Origin: an uncultured Actinomycetota bacterium
GTDB lineage: Bacteria; Actinomycetota; Actinomycetes; JAHEKZ01
Assembly: GCA_963829525.1 (NCBI GenBank)
Contig: CAWHIJ010000003.1
Span: forward strand, 2,587,211 to 2,651,210
Direction: 5' to 3'
Length of the DNA: 64,000 bases
Part shown: positions 60,513-64,000 of the stretch, piece after piece
Numbering within the stretch: position 1 is the stretch's first letter
Layout: each line of letters begins with the position of its first letter
Translations under genes and position numbers: made by a program
Notes under the pieces: model-generated
Seen by the model: the letters and a program-made list of their open reading frames with translations, nothing else
The model's database searches: none
What the model was told of the DNA's origin: nothing

Positions 60513-61920
60513 TCAGCTGGAGGGCATGCCCTTCTGCACCTGGTCCCAGGCGTACTCGACGGCTTCGCCGAGGATGTCGACGATGGTGCCGAGGAGCTTC
60601 TGGTCGGCGATCAGTGGTGGAGAGATCTGGACAACGGGGTCGCCACGATCGTCGAGCCGGCAGAGTAATCCGTCTTCGTACAACCGAGCCGACAGGACGC
60701 GGCGTAGCAACCAGTCGGCCTCCTCGCCCTCGAAGGTCTGCTTGGTGTCGCGGTCCTTGACCATCTCCAGAGCCCAAAAGTGCCCGAGGCCGCGCACGTC
60801 ACCGACCAGGGGGATGCGGCGCAGCTCGTTGAGCCGCTTGTCGAGGTATGCCTCGTTGGTGCGCACGTTCTCGACGACACCTTCGCGGTCGTAGATGTCG
60901 ATGACCTTCAACCCGATCGCTGCCGATACCGGGTGCCCGCTGTAGGTGGTGCCGTGGTTGTAGAAGGCCTTGCCGGTGACGAATGGTTCGGCGACCCGGT
61001 CATGGACGATCACGCCGCCGAGCGGAGCCATTCCGGCCGTCGCACCCTTGGCGAAGACGATGAAGTCGGGTTCGATGTCGTAGCGGATTGACCCGAACCA
61101 CTCACCGGTCCTCCCGAACCCCGTGATGACCTCGTCCGCGCACAGCAGCGCACCGTACTTGTCAGCCAGTGCCCGAAGACCCTGCCAGTACCCCGGAGGA
61201 GGCGTGAAGCAGCCACCGGCGTTCTGCACCGGCTCAGCGATGATGAGCGCCACCTCGTCAGGGCCGGCATCGATGATCGCCTGCTCCATCTCTTCGAGCA
61301 GCGCCTGGGTGAACGCCACGGGATCGTCGCCCTTCGGGTGGCGGTAGGCATTGGTCTCACTGACGTGGGTGACGTCGATCGGCAACGGCTTGAACGGCTC
61401 GCGGCAGAACTCGATGCCGGTGAACGAGAGCGCCCCGAGGCTCGTGCCGTGGTAGGCGGTGTTGCGGGCGATCGCCTTGGTGCGTTGCGGCTGACCGTTG
61501 GCCTGGTGCCAGTTGCGCACCATCTTCCACATCGACTCGTTGGCTTCACCACCACCGGTGGTGAAGTAGACCCGGTTGAGCCCTTCCGGCGCGAGGTTGG
61601 CGATCCGCTCGGCAAGCTCGGCCGCCCTAGGGTGGGCTACGTACCACGTGGAGGTGTATGCCAGCTCCTCCATCTGTGCTTTGGCCACCGCACCGATCTC
61701 TGCGCCGTAGGCGTGGCCCAGGTTGGCGCAGTACAAACCGGACAGTCCGTCGATGAACCGGCGCCCATGGACGTCGATCAGCTCGCAGCCATCGCCCTTG
61801 ACGAAGACCGGGAATCTCAGCGTCCTTGTAGTTGCCCATGTCGGTGAAGTTGAGCAACAGGTGGTCGCGCACCTGCTGCTGCACTACGGCAGCGTCGACC
61901 GGCTGACCTGGACCTGACAT
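60513..61920 (-). CDS. Class III (omega) aminotransferase with an apparent frameshift near 61810
   Basis: PLP-fold motifs in 60513..61736. The N-terminal ~40 aa (VRDHLLLNFTDMGNYKDAEIP) lie in overlapping frame 61627..61920. Reading VFVKGDGCELIDVHGRR across the junction restores a typical N-terminus. Confidence 0.8.
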
Positions 61921-62029
61921 GACTCCTGCAATTCTGATCGCGCTGACGGCGATCTGGTTGACCGTTGGCTGACTGTTCAGTCAGGATACCCCCGCAGATG
62001 TTCCCGGTATCTCACCACACCACACCACA

Positions 62030-63233
62030 TTGAGGAATCCCGTGACCAACGTCGAGTCAGCCCCGGCTGGCCTGTCCCCCGCTGCCCTCGAGCTGCAGGA
62101 GCGCGCCAGGCGCTACGTCGACGAGGTGCTCATCCCGCTGGAGCAGAAGGCCGAGCTGGCCGGCGGCCCCTTGCCTGCTGACGACGTGCAGCGCATCCGG
62201 CAGACGGCCCTCGAACAGGGCATGGCTGGCGGCCTGCACGCCCCCGAGCACGGCGGCCAGGGCTGGACGACCACCGAGTGGCTGCTGGTCGAGGAGCAGT
62301 TCGGCCGTAACACCAACGGCATCAGCTGGTACATGCCAACGGCCTACAACGTCTGGCGGTCGGCCAGCCCGTCATTGATCGACCGCTGGCTCCGGCCGGC
62401 GCTCAAGGGCGAGCTGCACGACGCCTACGCGGTGACCGAGGCCGAGGCCGGGTCCGACCCGTCCGGTATCTCGACGGTGGCCCATCGCAGCGACGACGGC
62501 GGCTACGTCATCAACGGCGAGAAGTGGTTCGTCACCTATGGGTCGGTTGCGGCCGTCATCGTCGTCATGGCCAACGTCATCGACGGTGACGACCGGCTGC
62601 CCACGCTGTTCGCGGTGCCGGCGGACGCCCCAGGGGTCTCGATCGTCGACGACCCACCCTTCACCCACGCCTACCCGCACGGGCACCCGACGATGCTCTT
62701 CACCGATGTCAAGGTCAGCGCTGACGACGTGATCGGTGGGGTCGGCCAGGGCGACGACCTGCAGCGCATGTGGTTCACCGAGGAGCGGATCGGCATCGCG
62801 GTCCGCTGCATCGGCGCCATGCAGCGGCTCATCACCGAGACAACCGCAGTGGGCCATCAACCGCGAGCAGGGCGGAGCTCGCCTCATCGACCACCAGGGT
62901 GTTTCGTTCCCGCTCGCCGACTCCGCGGCCGATGCCGCCGCAGGTCGGCTCATGGTCTACGACGTTGCGCGCCTCAAGGAGTCCGGCGCCGATCCCAAGC
63001 TCATCCACGGCAAGGCGTCGATGGCCAAGCTCTTCTGCTCAGAGGCGGCCAACCGGTGCGCCGACCGGTCAGTGCAGATCTTCGGCGGCCGCGGATACAT
63101 GCGCACCAATGTCGCCGAGCGCTTCTGGCGAGAGCTGAGGGTCGACCGCATCTGGGAGGGCACCAGCGAGATCCAGCGACTGATCGTTGCTCGGAGTCTT
63201 GAGCGGCGCGGCGTCGACGCCATGCTCGGCTAG
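62030..63233 (+). CDS. Acyl-CoA dehydrogenase with an apparent frameshift near 62848
   Basis: ACAD N-terminal and middle domains in 62030..~62847. The C-terminal domain (GGRGYMRTNVAERFWRELRVDRIWEGTSEIQRL) lies in frame 62736..63233. Confidence 0.8.
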
Positions 63234-63243
63234 GCGTCAACCT

Positions 63244-64000
63244 ATGCAGCTCGACCGGCTCTTCCGGCCTGCCTCTATCGCCGTCGTCGGCGCTACCGAC
63301 CGACCCGGGTCGTACGGCAACGCGGCGGTCAGCAACCTGCTTGCGGCAGGCTTCACCGGACGGCTGGTGGGCGTCCACCCGACCCGCACCCGGGTGCACG
63401 GCGTTGCCTGCGTCCCCACCTTGGAGGCCCTGGGGAACGCGGTGGACGCGGTCGTCATCGCAACCCCTGCCGACACGGTCCCCAAGTTGCTGAACACCGC
63501 AGGGGCACTCGGCTGTGGCGGAGCCATCGTCTTCGCCGCGGAGTTCGCCGAGACCGGCCGCACCGACCGTCAAGACGCCCTAGTCGCTGCGGCAACGCGC
63601 CACGACCTGCCCGTGATCGGCCCCAACGCGAACGGCATCGTCTCCGTCGCCAGTAGGGCCCCGATGTGGGGTGACAACGTCAGCGTTGGAACCGGCGGCA
63701 GCGTTGCGCTCATCACCCAGAGCGGCAACCTCGGCGTCGTCGCACTGGCTAGCCGCCGCGGCATCGCGTGGCACACCGTCGTCAGCGTGGGCAACAGTGC
63801 GGTCGTCGACGCAGCCGACGCGCTCAGCTACCTGGCCGGCGCTGACGGTGTCCGCTCAGTTGCGCTCTACCTCGAGGGTGACGGCGACGGCGCCAAGTGG
63901 GCGAACGCCTTTGCCCGGTGCGCCGAGCGCGACATCCGCATCGCGGTACTGAAGGCCGGGAGAAGTGCGGCAGGTGCGGCAGCCGGGGGCGCGCACACCG
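63244..64000 (+). CDS. CoA-binding domain protein (NDP-forming acyl-CoA synthetase / acetate--CoA ligase-like), 5' partial at the window end
   Basis: Open frame from the ATG at 63244 to the window end. N-terminal LFRPASIAVVGATDRPGSYG CoA-binding motif typical of ADP-forming acyl-CoA synthetases. Confidence 0.7.
   Translation, partial: MQLDRLFRPASIAVVGATDRPGSYGNAAVSNLLAAGFTGRLVGVHPTRTRVHGVACVPTLEALGNAVDAVVIATPADTVPKLLNTAGALGCGGAIVFAAEFAETGRTDRQDALVAAATRHDLPVIGPNANGIVSVASRAPMWGDNVSVGTGGSVALITQSGNLGVVALASRRGIAWHTVVSVGNSAVVDAADALSYLAGADGVRSVALYLEGDGDGAKWANAFARCAERDIRIAVLKAGRSAAGAAAGGAHT

Overview
High-GC (~70%) actinobacterial chromosomal window with dense, operon-rich coding. Gene order partly parallels the Mycobacterium tuberculosis whiB2-fbiA-fbiB, manB, LCP, purE-purK, birA-accD5-accE5-maf-accA3 and mprA-mprB-pepD neighbourhoods, with lineage-specific insertions. 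Recognisable content: a WhiB-like gene; an F420 cluster (fbiC with two apparent frameshifts, fbiA, fbiB) interrupted by a small secreted protein, an OmpR/HK pair and a methyltransferase; a DUF222/HNH (REP13E12-like) gene carrying an 18-bp x5 tandem repeat; an AlkA-like glycosylase and a GDP-mannose pyrophosphorylase; two ~900-aa secreted cell-wall hydrolases (SpoIID/LytB type and Amidase_2/PGRP type) that share a repeated ~100-aa C-terminal module; a cell-wall glycopolymer locus (TIGR03089, two LCP ligases, Wzm/Wzt ABC exporter); a translationally coupled nadA-nadB-nadC-purK-purE operon with a divergent NrtR regulator and a 25-bp palindrome in the shared intergenic region; gtrA; a second OmpR/HK pair whose kinase is frameshifted; birA; three tandem paralogous GAF-GGDEF proteins with an uncharacterised conserved C-terminal domain, sitting between birA and accD5; the accD5-accE5-maf-accA3 block; assorted small enzymes (DinB-like, VOC, GNAT, alpha/beta hydrolase, amine oxidase, amidase, Lpd-like flavoprotein, gamma-glutamylcyclotransferase, M20 amidohydrolase); a methylmalonyl-CoA-mutase-family catalytic subunit with no B12 domain; mprA-mprB-pepD; a histidine phosphatase; a class-III aminotransferase and an acyl-CoA dehydrogenase, each with an apparent frameshift; and a 5' partial CoA-binding (NDP-forming acyl-CoA synthetase-like) gene. 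No rRNA, tRNA or CRISPR was detected. The five apparent frameshifts all lie next to G/C runs and may be sequencing indels rather than pseudogenes. Several coding regions carry in-frame short tandem repeats.
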